Shown: positions 1-10,591, counted from the stretch's first letter. The stretch is DNA of 64,000 nt from a bacterium (GCA_029780855.1 JAKOXV010000018.1:118104-182103); one strand, 5' to 3'. Notes: a model not told the origin generated them from the letters alone. Numbers and translations: made by a program.

Positions 1-142
1 ACTCATTTTGGGAAGAGCGGTTCGTTCACCGGCCTTTCGCCGTTCTGCTTGCTCTAAAAAACCCCTAACAGATTCCACCTCGCGTTCTAGACGAGCAACG
101 TCTATGCTACTGATTATAGAAGTTGGCAATACGAACGTTTTA

Positions 143-763
143 CTATGCGCCATTAGTAACGTCCTCTATAATCGCCTGCTTGTTGTTCTCAAGATCATTG
201 AGGATGTATTCCAGCTGATCATTGAGATCTATCTGGTCACCGATAGTGGCCATAATGTAATGATTGACTATATCAGCCATATTTTCTTCAAAGCGCTTCA
301 CTAGTTGCGCCTTTGCTTCTTCAAATTGCTTTTGCAGCTGTTCGCTTAGGAGCTGGCGTTGTTGTTCGATTGCTTCTTGCGTTTTGGTAATAGAATCAAT
401 TGCTATCTGTTTTGCGTCGGTGATAGACTGCTCGTACTTGGCAAACTCTTCTTTCAGCGTCCGGGTCATCTCCTGCTTCATATATTCGTTCAGCTCCGAG
501 GTAGTAAGCCGGAGATCTTGCTGAAGAAACATAGCGTTTTCCCCAATGATTTTTTCAAAATGTAACCGCCCTCGGTTACGGAGTTCTTCCCTGAAAGTAT
601 CGTTAAAAATCCGCTCTACATCGGCTTCCGCATCATGGGCGAAATCTTCAGAATGTTTTTGTTTGGAGTGCCCCGAATCCTTTAGTTCAAATGCCATCCA
701 GATAAAAGCAGCGGTCGCAGCTAATAACGTACCAAGTAGTGCTCCAATTGCCCAGGTATCCAT
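143..763 (-). CDS. hypothetical membrane-anchored coiled-coil protein
   Basis: 206-aa ORF. N-terminal hydrophobic helix (AIGALLGTLLAATAAFIWMAF) followed by a long E/K/Q-rich helical region. No family recognised. Confidence 0.6.
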   Translation of the reverse strand: MDTWAIGALLGTLLAATAAFIWMAFELKDSGHSKQKHSEDFAHDAEADVERIFNDTFREELRNRGRLHFEKIIGENAMFLQQDLRLTTSELNEYMKQEMTRTLKEEFAKYEQSITDAKQIAIDSITKTQEAIEQQRQLLSEQLQKQFEEAKAQLVKRFEENMADIVNHYIMATIGDQIDLNDQLEYILNDLENNKQAIIEDVTNGA

Positions 764-791
764 TGCTACTAATAGCCCACCTTGCTTATGT

Positions 792-1640
792 TTATATCCT
801 CAGTAGTAAATATACCGCAAATAGCCCAATAATAAAAACTATTACACTGCTCAGAATGACCTCAATCAAACTTCTCCGTATGTCCTTCTTTGATAACGGA
901 TTACGTCCTATGGCAGTTATGCCAGTCTTTATTCCGGCATACAGCATACTTCCAGATATTACGATAGAAAACATAAACACAAGTAGGCTAGCGTATATCC
1001 TGAGGGGGTTGACTGATTTTTTGGTAACCGATTGGGTAGTACGTTGGATGATTTCAGGAATACTACTGCGGGTGGTTGCTGCTAGCGGATTTTGCTTAAC
1101 ACTGACTGTACCGATTATTCTGCCGATATGAGTATTGCCAGAGGTAGCCACGATATTTTGGCTACCCGTAAACGATTCCAGAGCTTTAGCAACGGCTATG
1201 GGCTGCTTTGCGGTCGCTTTCATAGCTATTCCTGGAGTGGATGATAACGTCAAGTAATCTCCGGTTGCTACTGAGCCATTTTCGTCACTTACCAGCACTT
1301 CGTAGCGACCTTCAGCCGCCACATATACTTGACCGGCATTACCTGACCCATCAGAAAGCGTCACCGGAGAATCGGAAGGATCCACTACAACTCCGTAAGC
1401 TTGTTTACTATCTTCTTGGGTGGCAGGGATAACCTTACTGCCGTTCTTGGGGTCGATCATTACTACCATACCCTTTTGCAGAGTTTTATCAGAGGTATAA
1501 CTCTGCACAATAGACTGGGCACTAGATGAACGCCACACCAAACTCGCGGCCACCAAAACACATAGCGCTAGCAATGCGAACACTTTTTTGGGAGTGAATA
1601 TGGTTTTTATTGTCCTGGTGTTAGATGTTTGTGTGGACAT
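792..1640 (-). CDS. hypothetical membrane protein (N-terminal anchor, C-terminal TM pair)
   Basis: 282-aa ORF. Signal-anchor KKVFALLALCVLVAASLV, a soluble middle region, and C-terminal hydrophobic helices with a GRNPL loop. Confidence 0.6.
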   Translation of the reverse strand: MSTQTSNTRTIKTIFTPKKVFALLALCVLVAASLVWRSSSAQSIVQSYTSDKTLQKGMVVMIDPKNGSKVIPATQEDSKQAYGVVVDPSDSPVTLSDGSGNAGQVYVAAEGRYEVLVSDENGSVATGDYLTLSSTPGIAMKATAKQPIAVAKALESFTGSQNIVATSGNTHIGRIIGTVSVKQNPLAATTRSSIPEIIQRTTQSVTKKSVNPLRIYASLLVFMFSIVISGSMLYAGIKTGITAIGRNPLSKKDIRRSLIEVILSSVIVFIIGLFAVYLLLRI

Positions 1641-1685
1641 ACTGCTTATGTCCTAGTATAAGCTTGTTTATGGCGTTAAACAACT

Positions 1686-2870
1686 TTAGTGTAGAGTGAT
1701 CTCTTTAAGAGCGGCTATGGTAGTTTCTATAGCTTTTTTGGTAGTCGAACGCCCCAGCGTAAAACGGACTGATTCCTGTGCCTCTTGACGCGATAGACCC
1801 ATCGCCCGTAACACATGGGAAGGTTCATCATCACTGACCCCACAGGCTGATCCGACCGCACACTGAACACCCCGTTCGTCCAGCTCCATAACGATCCGTT
1901 CATTATCCCACCCCGGAACGGTGATATGGACAAAGTTTGGAAGTCGATGCTTACCGCTATTGAACTTGGCGTCAGGAAAACTTGCTCGTAATTCATTGAT
2001 CATCAGCTGCTGCAGTTCACGCAAGCGAACGCTTTCCGAGTCCCGTAGTTTCTGCGTTTCGGCTAACGCCGTAGCAAAACCGATTGCAGCCGGAACATTC
2101 TCAGTACCGCTCCGCAGTCCCCTTTCCTGACCCCCGCCATGGATCAATGGGTCGATCTGTACGCCGGAATGTACATACAGTACTCCTGATTGCTTAGGTC
2201 CGTAGATCTTCCCACCATTTAAGGTCATCATATCTACGCCTAATCGACTGACATGGACATCCAGATAGTTAGGCGCTTGGCTCGCATCAGTGTGAAAGTA
2301 CAGAGGGAGAGGATTTCCAGATTTTTTGCGATTTTGTCGCACTTCATGCAGATACCGAGAAATTGTTTTGATAGGCTGGACCGTGCCAACCTCATTATTG
2401 GCGTACAGTACGCTCACGAGCACCGTTTTATCATCTACCGTCTTCTTGAGTGCTAGCAGTGACACCTCACCGTCAGGACTAACCGGCACAACTGCTACGT
2501 GATTATAGCGCTCAACCGACTGTAAAACAGCGTCATGTTCGATAGCGCTAACCACCGCATTGGCTCCAGGATACCGCTCCATGACACCGCTGATAGCAAG
2601 GTTATCCGCTTCCGTGCCGCCGGCAGTGAATACAATTTCACTAGGTCGAGCCCCTAGCTGCATTGCCACGCTTTCGCGAGCTTTTTCCAGATCTTTACGC
2701 ACACTTCGTGCCGCGAGATAGGTGGCAGAGGGATTATAAAAATGGTCCTGAAAATACGGACGCATAGCTGCAAGCACCGCATCAGATACCGGCGTAGCAG
2801 CGGCATGGTCAAGATAAATCATATGCTTCATATCTACTATTGTACCGACAATGTCTGGATTTACAGGCAA
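1686..2870 (-). CDS. cysteine desulfurase (class V aminotransferase, NifS/IscS family)
   Basis: 394 aa. HTDASQ motif, GGKIYGPKQSG PLP-lysine region, SGTENV, and catalytic Cys loop VGSACGVSDDEPSHVL. Confidence 0.9.
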   Translation of the reverse strand: MPVNPDIVGTIVDMKHMIYLDHAAATPVSDAVLAAMRPYFQDHFYNPSATYLAARSVRKDLEKARESVAMQLGARPSEIVFTAGGTEADNLAISGVMERYPGANAVVSAIEHDAVLQSVERYNHVAVVPVSPDGEVSLLALKKTVDDKTVLVSVLYANNEVGTVQPIKTISRYLHEVRQNRKKSGNPLPLYFHTDASQAPNYLDVHVSRLGVDMMTLNGGKIYGPKQSGVLYVHSGVQIDPLIHGGGQERGLRSGTENVPAAIGFATALAETQKLRDSESVRLRELQQLMINELRASFPDAKFNSGKHRLPNFVHITVPGWDNERIVMELDERGVQCAVGSACGVSDDEPSHVLRAMGLSRQEAQESVRFTLGRSTTKKAIETTIAALKEITLH

Positions 2871-2873
2871 GCC

Positions 2874-3245
2874 CTATACGAAGTGATAGACTTCTTGCTG
2901 AACTCGGCGACTATACTGCCTTGCCGCTTCAGCAAGGTTTACTGCTTCATCAGGAGAAACCATCTGGTACGGCTGTCCACCCTGAGCCTTTAAAATACCG
3001 TCTGGTCGAACATCATAGCGCGTGGTCTTAATCTGTCGTTTTCCTGTCTGATCAAGGAATTCTTCATGCCAGATCCAGGTATGTTCATCGAGACAGAAGA
3101 ACTCTCGTCGTCCGCCTTTCGGAACAGGTCCGAACAGTGTTCCGCCTATCCGAGCTTCATGCCGCATAAGGTTACGCTGAAGTTCAGCGCGGCGCTCTTC
3201 GGATTTCTGTATACCCAATTGACCAAGGAGTCGTGAAATTAACAC
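2874..3245 (-). CDS. hypothetical protein
   Basis: 123-aa ORF in an operon-like array, with a 7-nt overlap to the upstream ORF. No family recognised. Confidence 0.5.
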   Translation of the reverse strand: MLISRLLGQLGIQKSEERRAELQRNLMRHEARIGGTLFGPVPKGGRREFFCLDEHTWIWHEEFLDQTGKRQIKTTRYDVRPDGILKAQGGQPYQMVSPDEAVNLAEAARQYSRRVQQEVYHFV

Positions 3246-3640
3246 AAGGCGTCCCCCTCAAAATCATCAAATGGTGTCGTTTCGTTTTCAGCAGCAATCT
3301 GACGCGCCTGATCTGTTAGTGCGCGTACATAGTCCGGATCATCATAATTTTCATGCTGCAAAAGCGGGTTGTGTGTTTCAAGCGGTACCGTTACGATCGG
3401 CTGGGTTGGCTTCACTTCTGGTTTAACCACTCGAGCGGTATCAGTCTCAAGCAACGCTTTGGTTGCTGCCAGGCCCGCTAAAACGCTCGGATTATTGCAC
3501 AGGTTATATTCTGCGCGCAGTACGGTATGCTTACGGCCTCCAGCTACGCTAGCTACGTCGGGAGAAATCTGAGGTACCTTTTCACCACCCGAAACTTTCG
3601 GGGAAAACAGTCCTTCTACTAGTGCATCAAAACTTTTCAT
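3239..3640 (-). CDS. hypothetical protein
   Basis: 133-aa ORF with a 4-nt overlap to the tatD stop region. No family recognised. Confidence 0.5.
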   Translation of the reverse strand: MKSFDALVEGLFSPKVSGGEKVPQISPDVASVAGGRKHTVLRAEYNLCNNPSVLAGLAATKALLETDTARVVKPEVKPTQPIVTVPLETHNPLLQHENYDDPDYVRALTDQARQIAAENETTPFDDFEGDALC

Positions 3641-4428
3641 GACAAATTAAATAGCTTTTTCGCGTTGCTAGTGGTTGCAGTGGCAATATCTTCCAGGCTT
3701 TCACCTCTAAGATTCGCCAAAAACTCTGCCGTCACCAACACATGCTTAGGCTCGCAGATTCTACCACGGTAAGGGGTAGGAGTCAAGAAGGGTGCATCCG
3801 TTTCCAGGAGTAGCCGATCCAGCGGTACGGCTCTTGCTGCCTGGAGTTGTTCGGCATCCTTAGTGAAAGTCATAATGCCGTTTAAGCCAATATAAAGCCC
3901 TCTATTGAGTATTTTGTCAAGAGTCGCCGTATTGGCGGTAGAGCTATGAACTACACCCCTGACGCCTTCAAAATCGCTCAGAATGGCAAAAAAATCATCG
4001 AATGCTTCCCTGACATGGAAAATTAGCGGTAAGTCCTGCTCTTGTGCCACCGTTAACTGAAAGCGCAATAAAGCCTCCTGCTCGGGCTTATTAGAGTGCA
4101 TATAGTGGTAATCGAGACCAGATTCTCCTATAGCCACTACTTTTGGACTTCCGGCTAAATTGCGAAAAGATTGCAGTTTTTCATCGTCATCTACGTAGCG
4201 TGCTGCTTCGTGGGGGTGAATACCTATACTCGCCCATACCCCTTCATGTTTTTGCGCAAATGCTACTCCTAGCTTACTATCTGGCAACGTACATCCCACA
4301 CAGAGTAGCTTTCCAATACCTGCAGCCTGAGCGCTACCAAGGACCTCTTCTGCGTCCAGTTCGTAATCAGGAAAGTGTATGTGGCAATGGGTATCTATAA
4401 GTTGCATAGTTCTATTATACGGGTACAC
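3637..4428 (-). CDS. tatD: TatD family metal-dependent deoxyribonuclease/hydrolase
   Basis: 263 aa. N-terminal IDTHCHIHF metal-binding motif, GESGLDYH, and HSSTAN/ETDAPFL motifs typical of TatD. Confidence 0.9.
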   Translation of the reverse strand: MYPYNRTMQLIDTHCHIHFPDYELDAEEVLGSAQAAGIGKLLCVGCTLPDSKLGVAFAQKHEGVWASIGIHPHEAARYVDDDEKLQSFRNLAGSPKVVAIGESGLDYHYMHSNKPEQEALLRFQLTVAQEQDLPLIFHVREAFDDFFAILSDFEGVRGVVHSSTANTATLDKILNRGLYIGLNGIMTFTKDAEQLQAARAVPLDRLLLETDAPFLTPTPYRGRICEPKHVLVTAEFLANLRGESLEDIATATTSNAKKLFNLS

Positions 4429-4658
4429 TAAAGTTTTTGACTGCGATTAAGTGTCAGTACGCTTACCTTTTATGACATTCACTCACCATGTTTACCTCTA
4501 ATACGGTAAGAAATGTTTCTTAGACCGATCGAGAACCCCACTCTTACATTAGTTTGACGTATGAGTGTATAATTTACCTTTGCCGTGGTAAGAGACATTT
4601 GTGTACACGGTACCCGATAAACTTCGTTTGAAACTATCCTTCGACTAAAGAGATCACC

Positions 4659-5417
4659 TTGAGAGAAACCGTAGTAGTATCTGATTTACATGGACACGCA
4701 GACCGTTTCAAATCGGTCGTTGACTACTATGGTGATAACACTCATTACGTAATCAATGGCGACTCAGTGGATCGAGGTGCGAATACAAAAGAACTACTGG
4801 ACACCATAGCGTACATAGACCACAGTCTTCTCTTAGGAAACCACGAATGGGTGCTGCTCGGCGCACTCGAAAACCGGGAGCCAGAAGAGCGGAATGCTGC
4901 ACGAATAGCCTACTTCTTGGGTCAAGGTAGAGCACGATATGAACTGAACGTACTCGCATCATATGGCATCACCTCATATGATGCTATCGATGATACTGCC
5001 AGAGCTCTCAAAGAGCGCCTCCTCGAGCTCGGCCATTGGTCGCTCCTCCGTGCTGCCCAAGTCTACTACGAAGACGATCAAACCTTTGTAGTCCATGCTG
5101 GTCTACGCACAGACAAACCAATGCGAATCAACTATCACCGCCTCAGAAATATACAAGCTCAACATGAATCCCGCCGATATGCCGATATTCCAGAAGAGCT
5201 TGGCAGTTTTGCGTTAGCAAATTGCCACGAACGACCAATTGACCTGCAGAAAGTCCTGGTTACCGGTCACGATCATCGAACACACTTTCTAGAAAATAGA
5301 TCACTAAGTGGCATGACCCCTAACCCACAGCGAATCTTCTTAGCAAGTTTTCTAGATATGAATTACCCGCTCTACGCTTACGAATCAGAGGCACAAAATA
5401 TAAGAGAATTTCATTAG
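4659..5417 (+). CDS. metallophosphoesterase (PPP/ApaH-like Ser/Thr phosphatase family)
   Basis: 252 aa. Motifs VVSDLHGH, NGDSVDRG, LLLGNHE and VTGHDH. Start is TTG as given by the ORF track. Confidence 0.8.
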   Translation: MRETVVVSDLHGHADRFKSVVDYYGDNTHYVINGDSVDRGANTKELLDTIAYIDHSLLLGNHEWVLLGALENREPEERNAARIAYFLGQGRARYELNVLASYGITSYDAIDDTARALKERLLELGHWSLLRAAQVYYEDDQTFVVHAGLRTDKPMRINYHRLRNIQAQHESRRYADIPEELGSFALANCHERPIDLQKVLVTGHDHRTHFLENRSLSGMTPNPQRIFLASFLDMNYPLYAYESEAQNIREFH

Positions 5418-5430
5418 GACTAATCCAAGT

Positions 5431-6882
5431 TTACTGTGACGATGCTGTTGCTGATTCAGACCGAGGAAACAGCGTCTCTTTCAGCGGTCGAATAACACCC
5501 TCGCTAAAAATATAGTTGATTTTGCTGGCGGTGTCCGGCATGAACGGCTCTAATAGATCAGCTATCTCAAGCAAGCAGCTTACTTGATACGCCAACACCT
5601 CACGTAAGTGTTCTTCGTCCTTTGATTTAGCAATTTCCCACGGTTTCTCTTCATCGATATACTGGTTTAGACCGCGCACCTGCTCCCATGTCTCGTCTAA
5701 TGCTCGGTCAAACCGGCACTCTCCTAGGGCTTTTTTGTACTTTGCAACATCATGACGGCCTTCAGGGATGTCCCCCACGATACCATTGAGATATTTCTGA
5801 ATCATCACCACAGTGCGCTGCACTGCGTTACCAAGTTCATTCCCCAGCTCGTTGTTATAAGCCTGATCTAACCGCTCCCAGCTAAAGTCACCGTCTTCAT
5901 ATGATGGAATGTGGCGTGTAAAGAAGTACCTAAACACGTCCGCACCGTATTTATCAATTACCTCTTTAGGGGCGATTGAATTACCAAGGCTTTTACTCAT
6001 CTTTTTGCCATCAACCCCGATAAAGCCATGTACATAGAGCTGTTTTGGTAGTGAGATTCCCAGACCAAGTAAAATACCCGGCCAAATAGCCGCATGGAAG
6101 CGCAAGATATCCTTACCAATTACCTGCACATTAGCTGGCCAGAAATCTTTGAAGTCCTTGTGTTCCGGGTACCCAAGTACGGTGATATAGTTCATTAACG
6201 CCTCAAACCACACATACATTACCTGGTTAGGGTCTCCCGGTACGGCTATACCCCATGATATTTTTTCTTTCGGCCGAGAAATACTCACATCTTCTAAGCC
6301 TTCTTTAAAAACGCTGAGTATTTCATGCTTCCTGGTAGCCGGAACGATAGAAAAAGAACCGTCTACGATAGCTTTTTGGATTGCGTCAGCATATTTTGTA
6401 AGCTTGAAAAAGTAGTTTTCTTCCTCAATCTTCTCATACGGCTTGTTGTGATGCGGACATATGTTGTTATGCTCTTTAGCAACTGCTTCAGTTACAAATG
6501 CTTCACAACCGGTGCAATACAAACCTACATACTTGCCTTTATATATATCTTTTTCAAGAGCTTTCCAGATTATCTGGGCCCGTTGTTCGTGACCAGGATC
6601 AGTTGTTCTAATAAAACGGTCGTTGCTGATATTGAGACTTTTTTGCAGTTCTTTGAAAGTCGCGCTGATTTGATCGGTGTACTGCTTTACAGGGACCTTT
6701 AACTCACGGGCTTTTTCTTCTATTTTACCGCCATGTTCATCGGTGCCAGTACTGAATAAAACTGAATTACCAGCTTTCCTGGCAGCGCGGGCTAAGACAT
6801 CGGCATAGACAAATTCAAGCGCATGCCCTAAATGTGGCACATCGTTCACATACGGAATAGAGGTGGTAACGTAATAGTTCAT
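5431..6882 (-). CDS. metG: methionyl-tRNA synthetase
   Basis: 483 aa. HIGH-type motif PHLGHALE, KMSKS motif KMSKSLGN, and a Cys-rich knuckle CTGCEAF...CPHH. Confidence 0.95.
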   Translation of the reverse strand: MNYYVTTSIPYVNDVPHLGHALEFVYADVLARAARKAGNSVLFSTGTDEHGGKIEEKARELKVPVKQYTDQISATFKELQKSLNISNDRFIRTTDPGHEQRAQIIWKALEKDIYKGKYVGLYCTGCEAFVTEAVAKEHNNICPHHNKPYEKIEEENYFFKLTKYADAIQKAIVDGSFSIVPATRKHEILSVFKEGLEDVSISRPKEKISWGIAVPGDPNQVMYVWFEALMNYITVLGYPEHKDFKDFWPANVQVIGKDILRFHAAIWPGILLGLGISLPKQLYVHGFIGVDGKKMSKSLGNSIAPKEVIDKYGADVFRYFFTRHIPSYEDGDFSWERLDQAYNNELGNELGNAVQRTVVMIQKYLNGIVGDIPEGRHDVAKYKKALGECRFDRALDETWEQVRGLNQYIDEEKPWEIAKSKDEEHLREVLAYQVSCLLEIADLLEPFMPDTASKINYIFSEGVIRPLKETLFPRSESATASSQ

Positions 6883-7013
6883 GCTTTAATCCTAACCTAT
6901 TATCTTTATTATTTACAGAGATACCGAGTGTCATTTATGCTTAAGTCAGGTACTTTTGACTAAAAACAGCTGCTATTTTACCACACCTCTGGCTCTAGCG
7001 GACGTCAGGAGTA

Positions 7014-7041
7014 TTGACAAAATACCAATAAATGATATAAT
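7014..7041 (+). promoter_or_regulatory. near-consensus sigma70-type promoter; probable leaderless transcript for the 7051 ORF
   Basis: TTGACA at 7014-7019, 16-nt spacer containing TG at 7033-7034, TATAAT at 7036-7041. The ATG at 7051 lies only 9 nt after the -10 box and has no SD. Confidence 0.6.
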
Positions 7042-7050
7042 TTACCTCTT

Positions 7051-7743
7051 ATGGATACTTTCTACCCCCTGCCTCATTCGGCCTCTCAATCAGAGCGTGA
7101 CGCCAGTAGATTAGCGGAAGCAACTTACGAACAGTTCCGTGCGCCGCTTAGCGTACTCCGATACCGTTTCCATACGGAACTACTTAGCTACACCCGTGAA
7201 AAACCCGCTGGTGACCCAGAGACACTAGATGCCGAACGCCGTCGATATATCAATGCATTGAGCAGTATTGGCAATGCTGCCGTAACGCGTTTATCATCTG
7301 TCCACCCACAGCTCACCGCTATAGAGGCAGTAGCAGCTACGTACCCCACGGTGCTCTACTATGAGAGCGGCGCTCGATTGGATAGTCTAGATTTTACGTT
7401 TACCGAATCACTCCCCGTCTCCAAAAAACTGAAACGATTTGTTGCCCCACTCTTAGGGCGCGTCGATTCGCCGACTGAAACCCTATTTGAAACGAGTAAT
7501 CTAACCATTCCAGAAGCTCGAATAGGCTACGCCCATGATCAAGCGCTAGAATTCGGACACGTTTTGGATCTTGAAGTAGAAAGCCCAGAGGAGCCAGGGA
7601 TTGGTGAAGCGTTTGTTGGCTCGTGGGACAATGTTTCTGAAATTGGTTCACGAGCTATGAGGAACTGCCTCAGTCTCACATTTTTGCCCCTGGAGCGTGC
7701 CGCTACTCAGGCAGCAGTAGATCGTACCCTATCTACTCGTTAA
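7051..7743 (+). CDS. hypothetical protein
   Basis: 230-aa ORF immediately downstream of the consensus promoter. No family recognised. Confidence 0.6.
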   Translation: MDTFYPLPHSASQSERDASRLAEATYEQFRAPLSVLRYRFHTELLSYTREKPAGDPETLDAERRRYINALSSIGNAAVTRLSSVHPQLTAIEAVAATYPTVLYYESGARLDSLDFTFTESLPVSKKLKRFVAPLLGRVDSPTETLFETSNLTIPEARIGYAHDQALEFGHVLDLEVESPEEPGIGEAFVGSWDNVSEIGSRAMRNCLSLTFLPLERAATQAAVDRTLSTR

Positions 7744-7887
7744 GTGCCAGAGCTGACAGTGCCTGCATCGATACGCTGAAAAGTTGGTCCCGTACCGGTC
7801 CTTTAGGACTACCGCCAATTGTAAGGCCTCTTTTTCTGAATCAAACGCAAGCTTATCTGCACAGGGTAAAGATTGTTCGTCAGTCAT
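7729..7887 (-). CDS. small Cys/His protein (possible zinc ribbon), hypothetical
   Basis: 52 aa from the internal ATG at 7887 (MTDEQSLPCADK...YRCRHCQLWHLTSR). It overlaps the trehalase stop by 8 nt, suggesting translational coupling. The longer track ORF start at 7959 lies inside trehalase. Confidence 0.45.
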   Translation of the reverse strand: MTDEQSLPCADKLAFDSEKEALQLAVVLKDRYGTNFSAYRCRHCQLWHLTSR

Positions 7888-9214
7888 CGATATACTTCTG
7901 ACAAAGGTACTCAAACACCGAATTAGTCCAGCCAAAACCGGTTTGCGACGGATACACACCCTTTGCCGGTGGTTTCCCAGGATTTACGGCATTGTATTTT
8001 TCTAGAAACACGCCGTTTTTATTAAACCAATCAAGGTTGGTAGTAAGCCATTTCAGGGCAATACGTCGGGCATCTTCGTGGTAACCGTACCGTTCCAAAC
8101 CTTGGATAACGATAAAATGTAGCGGCGCCCAGCCATTAGGATATGCCCATTGGGTTGGAATGACGCCAGGCAGGCCACCCGGTACCCGGTTATTCAATTG
8201 TTGGTCAGTGGTAGATAATCCACCCTTGTGTTCAAACCTACGCAACGCCGCCACTAGCTGCTGTGCCTGCCATTCGTCAACCATACCTGCCCACATAGGA
8301 TAAAAGCCAGCAAGCGAGGTTACTGCGCCACGTTTTTCTTTTACGTAATTGTAATCAAAGTAAAAGTTTCTTGAGGGACTCCACATGAGTTCATTCATAG
8401 TTTCTTTGCGGCGTTTTGCGAGCCGTTGCCAGGTGCGCACCGCTTCTTCATCACCCATGAGAGCTGCTGCACGGGCAAAATCTGTCTCATATTTGTACAG
8501 CAAGGCATTGAGATCAACTGGCAGGAAGTTTAGCGCCTTACGCCCAAACCGAGGGGTCATGTCCCATCCGCTCTCAGCTTCCGCGAGATCATGCAGGTAG
8601 TTTATGTCATAGTAGCGGCTTAATCCTCTATACACGTTACGCTCATTGGGTTTGGTAGTTCCGGTCCACACGGTGTTGTATTCTTCTTCGGCAATGGCAA
8701 TATTTTCTGCTAACCAGTTCTGTTTCAAACGGTATCGGTCGTAGACATCAAAGATAAAACTAGAGAGAAACGGTGGTTGTGAACGACCCATTAGGTACGT
8801 ACGAGAAGCATTGGGAATAATTTTGTAGCGCTTCTGCATGTATACTAGATTCTCCAGTATGCCCATCACTAACTTTTTGTGTTTTGCATCCATAATACCT
8901 TGAGCCATGAAGTAGCTGTCCCAGTAGTACATTTCATTGAAATCAAAACTATGCTCTTTTTCAAACGTCGGTACTAGATACGGATTCGGTAATCCTAGCA
9001 GCGTTTCATCATCTTTTGGATGGTATCGCTCCAAACGTTCCCAGCAGTGGGCGATATACAGACGTGCCTGCCGTACGTCATGGGCAGTTAGCTCATACAT
9101 CGATTTGTGTAGAAGAGCCCTTTTTGCTGCGCGTTTTGCTTTTTCTAACATCTTACCCCTTAGCTTAGAAAGCATAGCCGCTAACGTCAAGCATTCATCT
9201 TGTCCCTCGCTCAC
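7880..9214 (-). CDS. trehalase (glycoside hydrolase family 37)
   Basis: 444 aa. Matches both GH37 signatures: FNEMYYWDSYF (E-x-Y-x-WD-x-Y) and QWAYPNGWAPLHF (QWD-x-P-x-GWAP). Confidence 0.9.
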   Translation of the reverse strand: MSEGQDECLTLAAMLSKLRGKMLEKAKRAAKRALLHKSMYELTAHDVRQARLYIAHCWERLERYHPKDDETLLGLPNPYLVPTFEKEHSFDFNEMYYWDSYFMAQGIMDAKHKKLVMGILENLVYMQKRYKIIPNASRTYLMGRSQPPFLSSFIFDVYDRYRLKQNWLAENIAIAEEEYNTVWTGTTKPNERNVYRGLSRYYDINYLHDLAEAESGWDMTPRFGRKALNFLPVDLNALLYKYETDFARAAALMGDEEAVRTWQRLAKRRKETMNELMWSPSRNFYFDYNYVKEKRGAVTSLAGFYPMWAGMVDEWQAQQLVAALRRFEHKGGLSTTDQQLNNRVPGGLPGVIPTQWAYPNGWAPLHFIVIQGLERYGYHEDARRIALKWLTTNLDWFNKNGVFLEKYNAVNPGKPPAKGVYPSQTGFGWTNSVFEYLCQKYIDD

Positions 9215-9241
9215 TTAATATGAGATGTTTTGCTACTAAAA

Positions 9242-10591
9242 CTAAGAGTAGTTCATCTGACCGCCGGCACGCTCCGGAGAAACCCAGGTGCCTTTGGCTA
9301 GCACTTTTCTCATGACCAATTGCGGATTCCAAAGGCAGCGTATCATTGACATGACCTGCACAGCGTTCATGATATAGAATAAAAAGTACATAAGCGGTGC
9401 ATAAATACTCAATCGTAATTTCCCACTACGAGTTAGGTACTCATCCGGCCAGATTGTCCACAGAATATATAGGGTAATGGTGGCGTAGGCGCCCAGCACC
9501 CAGCTGAAGCTATCGTGAACAAAACTCAGGTATAAAATATAGATCAGAATAAATGGTTCCAAAAGCAAAATAACTTCACTCAAAATAGCCATGGGGAGAC
9601 GGTAGATGGTTAGCATGCGCCCGTAAATCGGATCGTTGCTACCGATCATGCGGGCATGCTTGAGTAAGTTCTGCAACATACCCATTTTCCAGCGATACCG
9701 CTGTTTGAACAATGCCCGATAGGTTTGTACGCCTTCTGTCATTGCCACTACATTATCGGCATACACAATCCGTTGAGAGCGGTTTCCGTTTGACATCAGT
9801 TTCATACTGAGGCCGATGTCCTCTGTCATAGTATCTGTGTCATATAAGCCGTATTTCTTAATAATTGCCGTGCGGTACGTGGATGCTACGCCGCCAATAA
9901 TAAACTCACTGTTAGTAAGGGTGTAGAATTTCTTAGAACGGTACCCAATCATGTGTTCAAACTTTTGAAGTAAGCTAATTAGTGTTTTTTGCTCGACCAC
10001 CTGCACATTCGCAGCCACTCCTATTACGCGCTTGTCACGAAAATACTCTACAGCGTTCCGTATGGCGTCAGGTCGAATTGTGGAATCGGCATCCAGACAC
10101 ATCATTAGGCTACCGCGTACGTGATTGGCTATGGCGTTATTAAGTGCTGCACCTTTTCCTGCATTCTTCTGTTTTACCAAGCGAATTGATTGCGCACGGT
10201 TCAAAGACACGAGCTCTTCGTGCTTTATTAGTTCCTTGGACCGCGGGCGACGCGATAAATAGACGTGCATCTGCTGGCCGATACCGTAACGGATTACCTT
10301 TTGCACGATCGGTGCTGTTTTATCCTTAGAACCGTCATCAACAACGATAATTTCAAAATTTGCATAGTCGCTTCTAGCTACCGATTCGAGAGTTCGTAGG
10401 ATTGTTTTTTCTTCGTTGTAAGCCGGTATAACGACGCTTACGAGGAGTTTTCGGCCTGGTCGCACTCCTCGACGTCTACGAAAGAACGAACCGATGTCAT
10501 ATAGGTTGGCGCCGACGATATATAATCCATAGTGGATGGTATTTATGAGACCGATAATGATAATTAGGTATACAACAATAAGATTAAGCAT
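9242..10591 (-). CDS. processive family-2 glycosyltransferase (PgaC/IcaA/cellulose-synthase-like membrane synthase)
   Basis: 449 aa. VVIPAYNEE, DDGSKD, DADS and the QRYRW (Q-x-x-RW) processivity motif, with N- and C-terminal TM helices. Confidence 0.85.
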   Translation of the reverse strand: MLNLIVVYLIIIIGLINTIHYGLYIVGANLYDIGSFFRRRRGVRPGRKLLVSVVIPAYNEEKTILRTLESVARSDYANFEIIVVDDGSKDKTAPIVQKVIRYGIGQQMHVYLSRRPRSKELIKHEELVSLNRAQSIRLVKQKNAGKGAALNNAIANHVRGSLMMCLDADSTIRPDAIRNAVEYFRDKRVIGVAANVQVVEQKTLISLLQKFEHMIGYRSKKFYTLTNSEFIIGGVASTYRTAIIKKYGLYDTDTMTEDIGLSMKLMSNGNRSQRIVYADNVVAMTEGVQTYRALFKQRYRWKMGMLQNLLKHARMIGSNDPIYGRMLTIYRLPMAILSEVILLLEPFILIYILYLSFVHDSFSWVLGAYATITLYILWTIWPDEYLTRSGKLRLSIYAPLMYFLFYIMNAVQVMSMIRCLWNPQLVMRKVLAKGTWVSPERAGGQMNYS

